Both the position numbers and the translations under genes were made by a program. A stretch of DNA of 53,102 bases, counting the filler, from Perkinsus olseni (Eukaryota): assembly GCA_013115125.1 (NCBI GenBank). It is 2 parts of 2 records of this genome, joined end to end, with 100 filler letters (N's around TTAATTAATTAA, not from the genome) between each part and the next. Parts side by side here need not be neighbours in the genome. Positions count along the whole stretch, not along the records: positions 1 to 26,514 come from JABANN010000479.1; positions 26,615 to 53,102 come from JABANN010000480.1. The stretch is one strand, 5' to 3'. How positions within the stretch are numbered: position 1 is the stretch's first letter; the number at the start of each line of letters is the position of its first letter. Shown in pieces: positions 24,691 through 35,398 of the stretch. The notes under the pieces were generated by a model. That model was given only the letters and a program-made list of their open reading frames with translations. It did no database searches and was not told the origin of the DNA.

Positions 24691-24942
24691 GATGATGCAG
24701 GAGCGAACGACGACTGCTTTCAGGGCGTCCTCTTGCTCTCTAGCCCTATCTTGCTCTCTCTCAACGCCCAGTGAGCATGATCCATGATGTGAGTAAATGA
24801 GAACTGTCTACTTTTTGTGCTGTTATTGTGATCTCCTAAGCGTATCTTAGCGTAGCTAGTAGCGATAGCATCGTTCCCATTATACATCATAATTATCATA
24901 TTGTCTCTCCCAATCTACTGATTGAGTTATCTGGTCACATTT

Positions 24943-24960
24943 TGGTGCCCAGACCCAGGA
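24943..24960 (+). promoter_or_regulatory. Primer-binding site (tRNA-Phe-like)
   Basis: TGGTGCCCAGACCCAGGA begins 4 nt after the LTR end and resembles the complement of eukaryotic tRNA-Phe 3' ends (TGGTGCCGAAACCCGGGA). Confidence 0.7.
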
Positions 24961-24983
24961 ACTTCGTGTACAACCACTGTGTT

Positions 24984-25295
24984 ATGTCTGCTCTTAAATT
25001 TGAGCAAGTACTTAAACGCTTCCACGGCAATTCCTCTGAGGAAAGCTGGGAGCAATGGGCTAAGAAGTTTTCGTTGGTGGCGTCCTTACAGAATTGGTCC
25101 GACGCCGATCAGGTCAAGTACTTACCGTTGTTCTTAGAAGGTCAAGCTTGGGATGTGTACTCGCAGTTGACTCCTCGTTCTACTTCTACAAAGGAGGCCT
25201 TGTTTTCTGCTATGGCGTCGGCTTTCGACCCGTCGCCATCAGAAGCGTGGAAGGCCTTCCAGGATCGTAAATACCAACAAGGTGAATCAGTAGAT
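24984..25295 (+). pseudogene. gag: Truncated retrotransposon gag
   Basis: MSALKFEQVLKRFHG...WEQWAKKF...NWSDADQVKYLPLFLEGQAWDVY...QQGESVD has the capsid-region pattern. Confidence 0.85.
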
Positions 25296-25756
25296 TGGGA
25301 GAGACAATATGATAATTATGATGTATAATGGGAACGATGCTATCGCTACTAGCTACGCTAAGATACGCTGAGGAGGCCACAATAACAGCACAAAAAGTAG
25401 ACAGTTCTCATTTACTCACAATGATCCAGCATTGCTGGACAAGCATCATTAACCTCTCCGGTGCTCGAACTGAAGCTTATTCATTCCATGATCGAGTTTC
25501 CATCCTAGCATTTCTACGTTGCCGCTCCCTTCGCCTACTAGCGATTTCCCTAGGCAGTCTAACTGCCTCATACGGCAGTGCATTGCGTGTTACTATTAGT
25601 AACTTACTAACACGGTGTTAGTAAGGGGACCATGTTCTATAATGACTTCGCATCATTGATCTGTGGCTTGGTTAATCCAACGTTATGTACTCTCAACTAA
25701 AGCCAGAAAGATGTCATTCAACAGCAAGATTGTTCTCATGTAATAATGCAGAGATG

Positions 25757-26514
25757 CTAAATGCCGATTGCAACCTCCTTCACACTTACTTCCGCCGCGT
25801 CTCGACTGCTGTACCTACAGGTTCACGGTTCACTGCTAGCTTCTACTCAAGACAGAAGAGGAATTCCTACCCGTATCCCTGTTCGAGGTCTGCCTCATCT
25901 CGCGGGAGCGTTCTGTCCAACAGCTTCTTGAGTAGGCAGATCTGGATGATACTGCCGATCAAACAAGCCACAGTGACGGCCGCGAGGATCCCAAGCAGTG
26001 CCACTGGCCACTCGGAGCAGCCATCTGATGTACTGTGGTCGTCAGATGGCGGATTGTCGTCAGCCTTGGCAGTCCTGAGGAGTAAGCTACTTACTGTAAG
26101 TAGATGTGCTGGACGAAAAAAGCTGGAACCCCCAGCCATTGTATCAAGGACTTACTGTTGCTTGCTCGGCGCATCAGTCGTCGGCCCCGTAGCACTGTTG
26201 GACAGATCCTGTCCTCCTGCAGCCGGAGTCGAGCTCCATGGGCCCTCGAGCCTGATACTGGACAGGTCCAGCTCCTCCGTAGGGCTCCATGGGCCCTCGA
26301 GCCTGATACTGGACAGGTCCAGCTCCTCCGTAGGGCTCCATGGGCCCTCGAGCCTGATACTGGACAGGTCCAGCTCCTCCGTAGGGCTCCATGGGCCCTC
26401 GAGCCTGATACTGGACAGGTCCAGCTCCTCCGTAGGGCTCCATGGGCCCTCGAGCCTGATACTGGACAGGTCCAGCTCCTCCGTAGGGCTCCATGGGCCC
26501 TCGAGCCTGATACT
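25757..26514 (-). CDS. 3' part of a single-pass membrane protein with a 17-aa tandem repeat
   Basis: The frame (PTEELDLSSIRLEGPWS)n splices in frame to TAKADDNPP...WPVALLGILAAVTVACLIGSIIQICLLKK (TM plus basic stop-transfer). The 5' end is lost in the gap. Confidence 0.6.
26232..26514. repeat. Perfect 51-bp minisatellite (at least 5.5 copies) running into the gap
   Basis: Unit GCTCCATGGGCCCTCGAGCCTGATACTGGACAGGTCCAGCTCCTCCGTAGG. Confidence 0.97.
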
Positions 26515-26614
26515 NNNNNNNNNNNNNNNNNNNNNNNNNNNNNNNNNNNNNNNNNNNNTTAATTAATTAANNNNNNNNNNNNNNNNNNNNNNNNNNNNNN
26601 NNNNNNNNNNNNNN
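26515..26614. other. Artificial contig-join spacer
   Basis: N44-TTAATTAATTAA-N44; the linker has stops in all six frames. Confidence 0.95.
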
Positions 26615-26726
26615 ACGCAACTACTCTGTCATCATTCATCAATGGCCAATAACGAGTTGCGCAACAACAGTCGGGATATCTCTACAATATAGACTTGTAA
26701 CAGATAACTGGATTTAAAAAAAGACT

Positions 26727-27794
26727 TTAAAAAAACTCATCTGAGCTCTTGTTGAATATAACGACGTACTTCTCGGTGAGATCCTCGATCTCCGGTTCAG
26801 CCACGACGTCGAAGCCCACCGCCCGAATCTCCTGAGGATAACACGTAGAGGTCGATTCAAAGGGCCAATCCGTGTAACACGATAAAATCGACGCAATAGA
26901 ACAGGGCCGTCCAAGCTCACCTCAACAAAGACGTTCTTGTCGGCCCGCACATGCTCCATCACCCACATTTTGTCCTCCCTGTTACTTCAGTTGGGGTCGC
27001 GCCAGAAGTGTGCTAGCACTAGTCTGCCAGTATCTAGGGAAACAGCTCCAACGACTGGGTCATCACCATCATTCTCTTTGAGGTTGGGAAACACAGGACC
27101 TTGCAGAACTCGTAAACCGTGACATGAATATTCTCACTCTTCAGTGCTTTTCTGAGTTGTTGAATTATTGTCTTCGGGTAAGTGAGGTGATGGTAAACAT
27201 CACAGAGCACCGCCAGGTCGACCGAGCCATCGGACTCAGCAGGCAGACATAAATCTTCTTCGGTACCTGACGGGGTACATAGTTTCAGCGCGCTCGACGA
27301 AACTCGTCAGCTCACATCCAATGATTTCCACTTTGTTATTATCAATCCTGGGGTCGGTTTTGAGGTGCTGTATGAAGCCATCCGACAGCTCAGGGGCATA
27401 GACCTTCTTGCCCGGCCGCCGACTGAACTCACGTGTCAGGAGGCCAGTGCCAGGCCCCACTTCCACTGTGACCGCCTCGGGGGTCAGGCCGAGTATCTAA
27501 ATGGAGACCTCGCTGGAGCACCGAGAAGGAACATTCTTGCCAGAGTACAGGCACAGCCTCTGTGGGGCACTGCTAGCTAATTCCATTGACTGGAGAGCAG
27601 AAACTCAACGAACTCTACATTACCTCAAAAAGCCCGTCAAGATGGTGAGCCAACGGTCTTTCAACCTCGAACAGCGGGGTGAAAAAGTCTATCAGTTCAT
27701 CCTTGTCTTTGTCTTGGAAATCTTTATTCGCGCCTTCAATGAAATGAGATACCCCACTGAAGTCTGCTACTTCTGGACAAACTGATTGTATCAT
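26727..27794 (-). pseudogene. Class I SAM methyltransferase copy A with a premature TGA
   Basis: Same exon structure as copy B (EVGPGTG, CDVYHH). TGA at 26987-26989 replaces Lys, and VDF has become AHF. Confidence 0.75.
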
Positions 27795-28367
27795 TTTGAA
27801 CGAGTTTGAGGAGCCAGCGGACCAACGAGACCTACCTTCCTACGTCACGCTGACAGGCTAACTTATCGAAGACAGATACCACGGGAAGGAGCTGGTTGCT
27901 AGTCGCCCACTTCCCATCCGACTTCCATAATATCCCCCTTGAGCTTTTGGCACGGCGTGTGGGTCGATGGGTGCAAGCTCCATCCCGTACTCGCGGAGTT
28001 TATCGCAATATGACAAAGTACGGACTAACTCAACGGTGACACGCAATGTCTGTATCGGCTCCATTCAGCTCCCTGTCCCCATCCGTCCTCAATCGTTGGC
28101 TCAGTCCGCGGGCTTCGACCGGCTTCCCTGTAACTTGCACGACGGGAGGCTCTTTGATAATTGACCACTTTAGGTTATCGACTCTCGTGATTCGACCAGG
28201 GGACCAATAAAGACTGAGTTCAACGCAACAAGTAGCCTTCAAAAGAACTTGTGAATACAGAACTGCCTTGGCCGGCTGCCGCTCGCTTTTTACGAGGACT
28301 GCCGAAGCAGTGCGCGTCACCAAGTAAAAGAAGTGTCAAAATGAAACACGACTCGTAGTTCGGCTTT

Positions 28368-29371
28368 TTACGCCTTCTTGAAGATAACAACGTAATTCTC
28401 GATAAGCCCCTCAATCTCCGGTTCCGCTACAACGTGGAAGCCCTCCGAGCGGATCTCCTAAAGGAAGGCGACGAAGATACCAACGCGCTGAGCAACCGCG
28501 AAAACCGTACTCTCCGTCGTAGCTCACCTCAACGAAGACGTCTTTGTCGGCACGCAAGTGCTCGATAACCCACGTCTTGTCTTCTCTAGTGCTCTTATTT
28601 GGGTCACGCCAGAAGTCTACCAGTACTAGTCTGCCAGTATCTGATAACCTTCAGAATGTTATACACACTAAAAACTGGGGAATTGGCCCGAATCCGGCTT
28701 CTCTCCGACGAGGAAGGACCAAGACTCGCAATGTGAGCCCGGCACTCACTAGCAATCGCAGACTATCGGATTCGGGACACGAATATCCTCACCCTTCAGT
28801 GCTTTTCTGAGTTGCTGAATTATTTTCTTCGGGTAAGTAAGGTGATGGTAAACATCACAGAGTACCGCCAAGTCGACCGAAGCATCGGTCTCAGCTGGCA
28901 GGCATAAATCTTCTTCGGTACCTGGCAGGGTACACAGTTTCAGCGCGCTCGACGAAACCCGCCAGCTCACATCCAATGATTTCCACTTTGTTCTTATTAA
29001 TCCTGGGGTCGGCTTGAAGGTGCTGTATGAAGCCATTTGAGAGCTCAGTGGCATAGACCTTCTTGCCCGGCCGCCGACTGAACTGACGTGTCAGAAGGCC
29101 AGTGCCAGGCCCCACTTCCACTGTGACCGCCTCGGGGGTGAGGCCGAATACCTGAACGGAACATTTATGGAGTGGAGCGATATGGAGGACTGAGGCGTCC
29201 TACCTCGAAGAGCCCGTCAAGGTGGTGAGCCAGCGGCCGCTCGACCTCGAACTTCGGCAGGAAAAAATCGAGCAATTGATCCTTATCCTTGTCTTGGAAC
29301 TCCTTGTTCGCCCCCTCGGGGTAATGGGATATCTTGCTGAAGTCGGCTACCTCGGGACAAGTCGATTGCAT
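28368..29371 (-). CDS. Class I SAM-dependent methyltransferase copy B
   Basis: EVGPGTGLLTRQFS, VYATELS, SVDLAVLCDVYHHLTYP, GRLVLVDFWRDP, ENYVVIFKKA*. Confidence 0.85.
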
Positions 29372-29810
29372 TAGTCAAAACGAATTTGGTTTGCCTCAAC
29401 TGACAGAGTCCAAGTAGACCACGCAGCGCGACGGCCTCGAGGCGCCTCAGCTACAGAGGTTGGGACAGTCCTCGTGACATCCCTCGAGGAAGTCGCAGGG
29501 CGTGTCCTTCGCGCGCTGAAAGTGTCTCAATTGCGCTCACAATGGGCTAGAATGCACAACAAGGCCCATACAGAGTTAGTGACTAAGGGGTCCGTTGCCG
29601 GCTCCGGTAGAAGCTCCGGCGACGACAAAAAACCCTCTGCACATCGTTCTCACATAGAGGACATAACGCCAGAGCTACCGGAGCGAAATCAGAGCGGGAT
29701 TGCGATATCGCCGTCACTCCACACTTCAGGAAACTCGAGTCGGTCGAGAGGAGTAGAAACACGGCCGAGGAAGAAACGTGGTACGAGGGTGAAGAACAGT
29801 GTGTAAATCA

Positions 29811-30855
29811 TTAAAAGTCCTTCTTGAAAACAACAGCGTAGTTCTCCTCGACTCCTTGAATCTCGGGCTCCTCCACAACGCGGAAGCCAGCGGCGGCGAT
29901 CTCCTGACGAAAACAGAGACTCCGACTGCATTTTCGGCCTCAGCCTAGACTGTCGCATCACGAGAACACGCGGCAGGGCGGTCGCTACCTGCACGAAGTC
30001 TTTCTTGTCTCCCCGCAGGTGCTCGTAAACCCAATTCTTGTTGGTTTTGCTCGACTTCTCGGGGTCCTTCCAGTAATCCACGAGAACCATTCTCCCATCA
30101 TCTAACGAAACTAATCGCATACCGCCACTCGGGAATTGATGACGATGAACTCACTCTTCAGGGCGGTACTGATGTCGGACAAAACTGCGCGAGGGTGCGT
30201 GAAGTGATGGTAAACATCGCAGAGAACAGCGAGGTCTACAGCGCCGGTGGTCTCGTCAGGAAGGCTAAGGCTCTCTTCTGTACCTGTCCGAATACACTGC
30301 TTCTGCAGGTGACACAAGACCTTCAACCTGAGCTTGCGGGCAAGCCGATGACGACCAGGCGAAAACGGTGTTTTGGAGTCTCGTCAGTTATCAAAGCCAC
30401 TTGGTATAAATGCAGTAACTTACATTTGACGAGCTCCACCTTATTTTTGTCAATGCGGCTATCCTCCCCTAGATGGTCCAGGAACCCTTGGGAGATCTCC
30501 GTGGCATACACTTTAGCACCACGGCTTTTGGCCAGCTCTCGCGTAAGAAGCCCGGTACCGGCGCCGACATCGACACTAACTGTGTTATCCTTGAGGTCGA
30601 GAATCTGACGATCGAAGAGACTGCGGCTGTGTCCACCACCCTAGCGGAAGCACATCATGGCGCAAGCGGGTCTGTGAGCTTCAAGTTGCCTACATGCATG
30701 AGACTGTCGAGATGATTCTTCAACTGTCGGTCCCCTTCAAATATTGGAAGGAACTTGTCCAAGAGCTCCTCCTTAGAGGAATCTTCGAACTCCTTGTTGG
30801 GCCCGTTGGGGTAGTGTGCGGGCTCGAATGTGACTTCCTCTGGGCACTCGGACAT
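29811..30855 (-). CDS. Class I SAM-dependent methyltransferase copy C (more divergent)
   Basis: DVGAGTGLLTRELA, VYATEIS, AVDLAVLCDVYHHFTHP, GRMVLVDYWKDP, ENYAVVFKKDF*. Confidence 0.85.
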
Positions 30856-31135
30856 AGGGGAAATAGGAGAGGTGAATGCTGCAAGGTGAGTCATGGGATC
30901 CGCCACGGTACAAAAGAACCCCACATTAGTCCGAACGCAACATCAGGCCTCGGAAATACTCTCAATGCATGATACTAACAGCGCTGAGTATACCAGCAGC
31001 CGCAATTCCCAGAAGGGCGGGCAACCGTTGCCCAGCCCTGTCTTGCGCACGTGCCAATGACCGCACGGCCTCGGGGAGAAAGGCACTCCACATACGCCGC
31101 TAGCCGTCTCGAGATGTCCTCGAATGGGATCTCAC

Positions 31136-32074
31136 TCAGCGAGCAGGGCTAGCATCCTCGACCTCCAACGGGTTCGTGAAGACCTCCCTCTGGAATACAA
31201 ACGAGTCACCAAAACTGGCGAAGTAAACAAATCTGCCGGCCATATCTATACGGCTGTGGTCTAGTAAAGTGGAGCAGACCGCTAGAGCCTCTCCTACAGC
31301 GGGGTCGAAAAATACGATGCTGTCGGCAATGCTCAGCAAAAGCACGAAGCGACCGTCTGAGAGGCTACCAGAAGCCATGTGGGTAACTAAGTTCAGGTAA
31401 CCCTTTCTCCACACTCTATGCTTAGCCAGGGCCGAGGCGTCGCCACGATACTCCGTGACGGACCCGGTAGTGACGTCTTTGGTGAATATTGAGAGATCTC
31501 TTTCGACGGTCGTCCGAGCAGCGACCAGCGAAATCTCGCCTGGGAAAGATATGGTGGTGCTCTGTCCCGTGTCCAGGTCAAGTAACTGCAGGCTCCAGTC
31601 GAAACCAACTGGACGCCAGATCAGTGAGCTGCCGCCATGCACAGCAGATAGACCGGATTTATAACCGTGGCACCGGGGCAACGACCTGAGCACCCACCCT
31701 AGGGACTGATTGATCTCTAGGAGGTCTCCGTTGACTAAGCTCACAAATGCCCGTCCGGGAATGCTTTCAGCAGCGCAGATCTCGATAATGCCGAAGGCAG
31801 TCTCAAGCATCGCCTGAAGCACCCCACTGGTGGAGATGACCATCACGTTATTAGGATTCTTTAGCCCGACAAAGAGGGATTTCCCATTGGAAGCCACGCA
31901 AGATACGTCGCACTCCGTGTCGCACAGTACTGTCATATCACCGAAGTGGAGACACCTACTAGGCATGAGGTAGCCCCAAGTGGTACGAATAAGTTCCTCC
32001 GGGAGACAGAGTTGAGCCTTTCGCAGCCGGAGCAACTTCAACAGGGCCGTCTCGGCTGCGCGATGACTTCTCAT
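31136..32074 (-). CDS. Intronless protein with an F-box-like N-terminus and probable beta-propeller
   Basis: LPEELIRTTWGYL followed by beta-strand-rich repeats (e.g. LQLLDLDTGQ). Confidence 0.6.
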   Translation of the reverse strand: MRSHRAAETALLKLLRLRKAQLCLPEELIRTTWGYLMPSRCLHFGDMTVLCDTECDVSCVASNGKSLFVGLKNPNNVMVISTSGVLQAMLETAFGIIEICAAESIPGRAFVSLVNGDLLEINQSLGWVLRSLPRCHGYKSGLSAVHGGSSLIWRPVGFDWSLQLLDLDTGQSTTISFPGEISLVAARTTVERDLSIFTKDVTTGSVTEYRGDASALAKHRVWRKGYLNLVTHMASGSLSDGRFVLLLSIADSIVFFDPAVGEALAVCSTLLDHSRIDMAGRFVYFASFGDSFVFQREVFTNPLEVEDASPAR

Positions 32075-32171
32075 CGAGGCCAACTCACAAACTCTGAGCC
32101 GACAGTGAGCACTCTGGCCCGACCCAAAATGTGCAACTCAACAAAACCTCGCGACCTTATCAAAGCATGGA

Positions 32172-34571
32172 TCATGGGCGGAAGGTGATAGAACGGGGAT
32201 CATGTAGATCACAATCAGTCGGGATGTGGTCGAAAATGTTACCCAAGAAGAATTGACACCTTGAGAGGCCGGAGTGGCGGGGATCATGAGTGTAGAACCA
32301 ATGGCAGCGGCGTGCGACCAGCCCTATCAAGTCTAAGATCGTGTCCAGTTTCTGCATAGTGCGGAGGTCAATGGTCACTTGGTACTTATCACTAACCCAG
32401 CCACACAAGGCCAGCAAGGAGCAGCCTAGATCCTCCAGCCGTGTGCTGGGGCCCCACGTGTCGATCACAGGAGGGCTGACGAAGGACCGAAGCTGCTGCC
32501 GTTTGCTCTTCGCCGCTTGCTTGAGTTCGTCGATGAACTGCCTCTGGCGGCGCCCTCGATCAAGGCCGACGAGAAGGCCACAAAAGAAGTATCCTATAAT
32601 AATAGCCTCCACAACATATCGCGATGGGACAAGAAGAGATAGTAGTGCAAGCAGGAGAAGAGCCAGCAGAATGATAGAACTTGCCCATGCGCACTTCCAA
32701 GCGAAAAGATTCTTCGTTTTCTCGAAGGTAGCGCATACTGTAAGAACGGCAAAGAGCACCTCCTCGACGTTTTGTTTCACTCTACTGAATACCGCCTCCC
32801 ACGGCGTCAAAACTGCCGAGCTGGGCACAGCCATCACCGGCGTCGGGCTCAGCCCTGGCGAAACGGTGTCAACGCTGGGCCCTGAGAGCGGCCTCGCAAG
32901 AAGCTCTACTGAAGAAACCTTACCCTTTAGTTGGGCCATCTCAGCTGACTTGACCTTCGTCCCTCTGAAGACCCTCCGACGGACGTAGCACCAAGCATCG
33001 CACTTCCTGAGCCAGGAGGAGGCCCCTCCGAAGCCCATAGCGTATTGATAGCCGTTCTCATCAGTACCGGCGTCTACAACTACTTGCCATGACCAGCAGC
33101 TGCCGTCAGACATGATGGTCCGTGGGCCTTTGCAAGGGATCATCTCGACCTCTCCGTCGCGATTGAGCAGTGGTGTGCTCCACTGCGGAGGGTCCCATAG
33201 TAGGAGATGCTCCGATGAGAAGTCAGCGAAGACGAAGAGCCTACGCTCGGTCTCGTACACGTCCATCCCCCCTTCCACAATCTCCACCTTACCCTCTGCT
33301 TCTCTATATTCAACTGGACGAAGTGCCAATCCCCATCCTGACCGGCTAGCTCGAGCACCTTCGAACGATGGATGGCGTTTCGCGAGGAAGAGGGCACCGA
33401 TGCCGAAAATAATGCAAAGGGAATACTCAAACAGATAGAGGGCCCAGAAGGACAACCCAAAGAACCACAAGAGAGACACCGAGGGCCGCTCGAAGTAGCT
33501 CACTGCGAGGATCTCCCTCCCGAAGCCTTGCGCGATGGCTAAGTCCTCTCCTATACGGCGAAACGATGGCCCCAGGCGGCCATCGGCAATCTGCCCGAGA
33601 GTCAGGTCCTGCGGCCATCCACACTCGGAACCCTGGGCTGGGAGGAAGTACCGCGACCTCGGCCGTCCATCTCCTCCATCTATCGCTATCAGCACCTTGA
33701 CCTTCTGTAATTCCCTTGCTCCTATATCGTCACTATCAGTGTCATCCGGAACTTCGTAGGTGATCACCTTCGACTGGAGACGCTCTATCTCGTAGAGGGG
33801 ACAATGAAACTCAACGTCCTTCACCGGAGGGCCTCGATCCGCCGACCTTTCTTCCCAGATGGAGATCTCCACACAGGCATTGGGGTTGTTGTGTATGACA
33901 GGGATCTGAGTGATCTCTGCAGGAAGAGTGTCCACCGCAGCGCTACGAACGCTGTAGCCAGCATGAGTGACCTCCAAGCAGGTACCCGCTTCCCAAACTC
34001 TCTCTACTGAAAGCAACAGTACTCTCAAAGAGCCCAACCCTCGGTCTCGGGCGGCAAGCTCTGCCCGGCACGCCTCCACGATACGATCAGCCCATTTCCT
34101 CATCTCGATGTCCGTCGGAAAAGCGAAGGAAAGGGGATACTTATAGGTATCAAAAGGCACATAGATGGTGAGAATATGCTCGTACCCCACCATGGCTCGA
34201 CCCCTCACTCTCGAATTAGGCGTTGTATCCACCCATCCTCCTGCCAAGTCTATGACCTTCTCCTCCATGAAAAGAACATAGTGCGCTTTCCCCTCCCTGA
34301 ACTGCGTCCCCAACCGGACGAATTTTTCTCTCCAGTAGTCCTGCGGGGGCATTTTAACTATACGCGTGACCTCGGCAATCCCCTGAGCCATGTACTCTCC
34401 GAGACTTGCCACTACTGAGCCCTCTCTCAGCCGCGTTCTCCCTTCGTTCAGGAACCGCGCCAGAGACTGCCGCATAGGTGGTTTATTACGCATCTTCATG
34501 ATCCGCCCGGAGAGCTCATCTACGCCGATGAGGCCCGCCATAGCGAGAGGACACTGACACTGTTGGCTCAT
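32172..34571 (-). CDS. Intronless membrane protein: PH/C2-like region, hairpin TM segments and DysF domain (Pex24/Pex30- or MCTP-like)
   Basis: ~800-aa ORF with WSWQVVVDAGTDENGYQYA...WCYVRRRVF (DysF), EKTKNLFAW before the second TM block, and FDHIPTD near the end. Confidence 0.7.
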   Translation of the reverse strand: MSQQCQCPLAMAGLIGVDELSGRIMKMRNKPPMRQSLARFLNEGRTRLREGSVVASLGEYMAQGIAEVTRIVKMPPQDYWREKFVRLGTQFREGKAHYVLFMEEKVIDLAGGWVDTTPNSRVRGRAMVGYEHILTIYVPFDTYKYPLSFAFPTDIEMRKWADRIVEACRAELAARDRGLGSLRVLLLSVERVWEAGTCLEVTHAGYSVRSAAVDTLPAEITQIPVIHNNPNACVEISIWEERSADRGPPVKDVEFHCPLYEIERLQSKVITYEVPDDTDSDDIGARELQKVKVLIAIDGGDGRPRSRYFLPAQGSECGWPQDLTLGQIADGRLGPSFRRIGEDLAIAQGFGREILAVSYFERPSVSLLWFFGLSFWALYLFEYSLCIIFGIGALFLAKRHPSFEGARASRSGWGLALRPVEYREAEGKVEIVEGGMDVYETERRLFVFADFSSEHLLLWDPPQWSTPLLNRDGEVEMIPCKGPRTIMSDGSCWSWQVVVDAGTDENGYQYAMGFGGASSWLRKCDAWCYVRRRVFRGTKVKSAEMAQLKGKVSSVELLARPLSGPSVDTVSPGLSPTPVMAVPSSAVLTPWEAVFSRVKQNVEEVLFAVLTVCATFEKTKNLFAWKCAWASSIILLALLLLALLSLLVPSRYVVEAIIIGYFFCGLLVGLDRGRRQRQFIDELKQAAKSKRQQLRSFVSPPVIDTWGPSTRLEDLGCSLLALCGWVSDKYQVTIDLRTMQKLDTILDLIGLVARRCHWFYTHDPRHSGLSRCQFFLGNIFDHIPTDCDLHDPRSITFRP

Positions 34572-35016
34572 TCCCAGCCCTCGACTACCGTCTGAACGCA
34601 ACTCCGAAGCGCAAGAAAGTTTGACATGCAGTTGGTAAAGTTTCTGAGTTCAATGGGTCGCCTACATTATATAGACTGTATACAACGAACTGCTTCGCTC
34701 CGTGAAGGGCCATATACGGGTCCACCATCGAGAAATGAAATTTCCATCATGAAACAGTTTCATTGAGTTTCATTGAGGTGAGGACAATACGCTGGTAAAA
34801 CGGGTGTAATAGTAGTCACAGCCCGAGAGCAATAACTGAAGACTCCAAATTGCCAATTCGAAATTAGCGTCTCCAGCAACTGAACAACCTTCCCGTACAC
34901 TAAGACCCATCCTCAATTTGAGGACCTCAAAATAGCAACCAGAGAGGATCATCAAACAACTTCGCAGTGGCGTGACTAGTTGTAGTATTTCTAGTAGAAA
35001 GCCAAAGAGAACGTAG

Positions 35017-35398
35017 CTCACGCATGGTATTTTTCCTTGAATATGCACACCTCTTCCGCCAGGACATCATAGTTCATCCCTAGGCGACGGTGTGAGAACA
35101 AAACGTCAATGATCTGAGAGACAAACGAGGATGGGAGCGTCAATTACGCCAAGAAAGGCACTACGTGAAGAGCGGTGAAACCAGGCATCGCGTTGAAGTC
35201 TTCATCAAAATGAAGCCTCAACAAGTAAGCAAATGCCATGTGTAGCTTGCTTTGGATGCACCACCTCTCGCAGCTCTCACAAAATAGCAACACACCTTTG
35301 TAAGTTCCCCGGAGTGTCTTATGAAAGGCGCAGCTAAATGCAAAAGGCAGTGGTCGGGATGTAAAAGGCCACACCGTAGCCAGTAATTCAATTAGCAT
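35017..35398 (-). mobile_element. Possible decayed hAT-transposase C-terminal remnant
   Basis: ...MPGFTALHVVPFLA*LTLPSS...LFSHRRLGMNYDVLAEEV weakly resembles the hAT dimerisation region and contains a stop. Confidence 0.25.

Larger units (their letters stand above)
24788..25420 (+). mobile_element. Truncated Ty3/Gypsy-like LTR retrotransposon with inverted LTR ends and ATGA target-site duplication
   Basis: 152-bp LTR (TGTGA...TCACA, 24788-24939), PBS, gag 5' part, then an inverted LTR copy (25285-25420). ATGA lies on both flanks. Confidence 0.85.

Noticed and set aside
26232-26514. Regular repeat as a CRISPR array
   Set aside because: Head-to-tail identical units with no spacers, in a eukaryotic coding context.
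26515-26614. TTAATTAATTAA palindrome within N runs
   Set aside because: Assembly linker. Adjacency across it should not be interpreted.
26987-26989. In-frame TGA in methyltransferase copy A as possible selenocysteine
   Set aside because: It aligns with Lys in the intact paralogs, not Cys. No SECIS is visible before the gap, and the copy has other degenerative changes.
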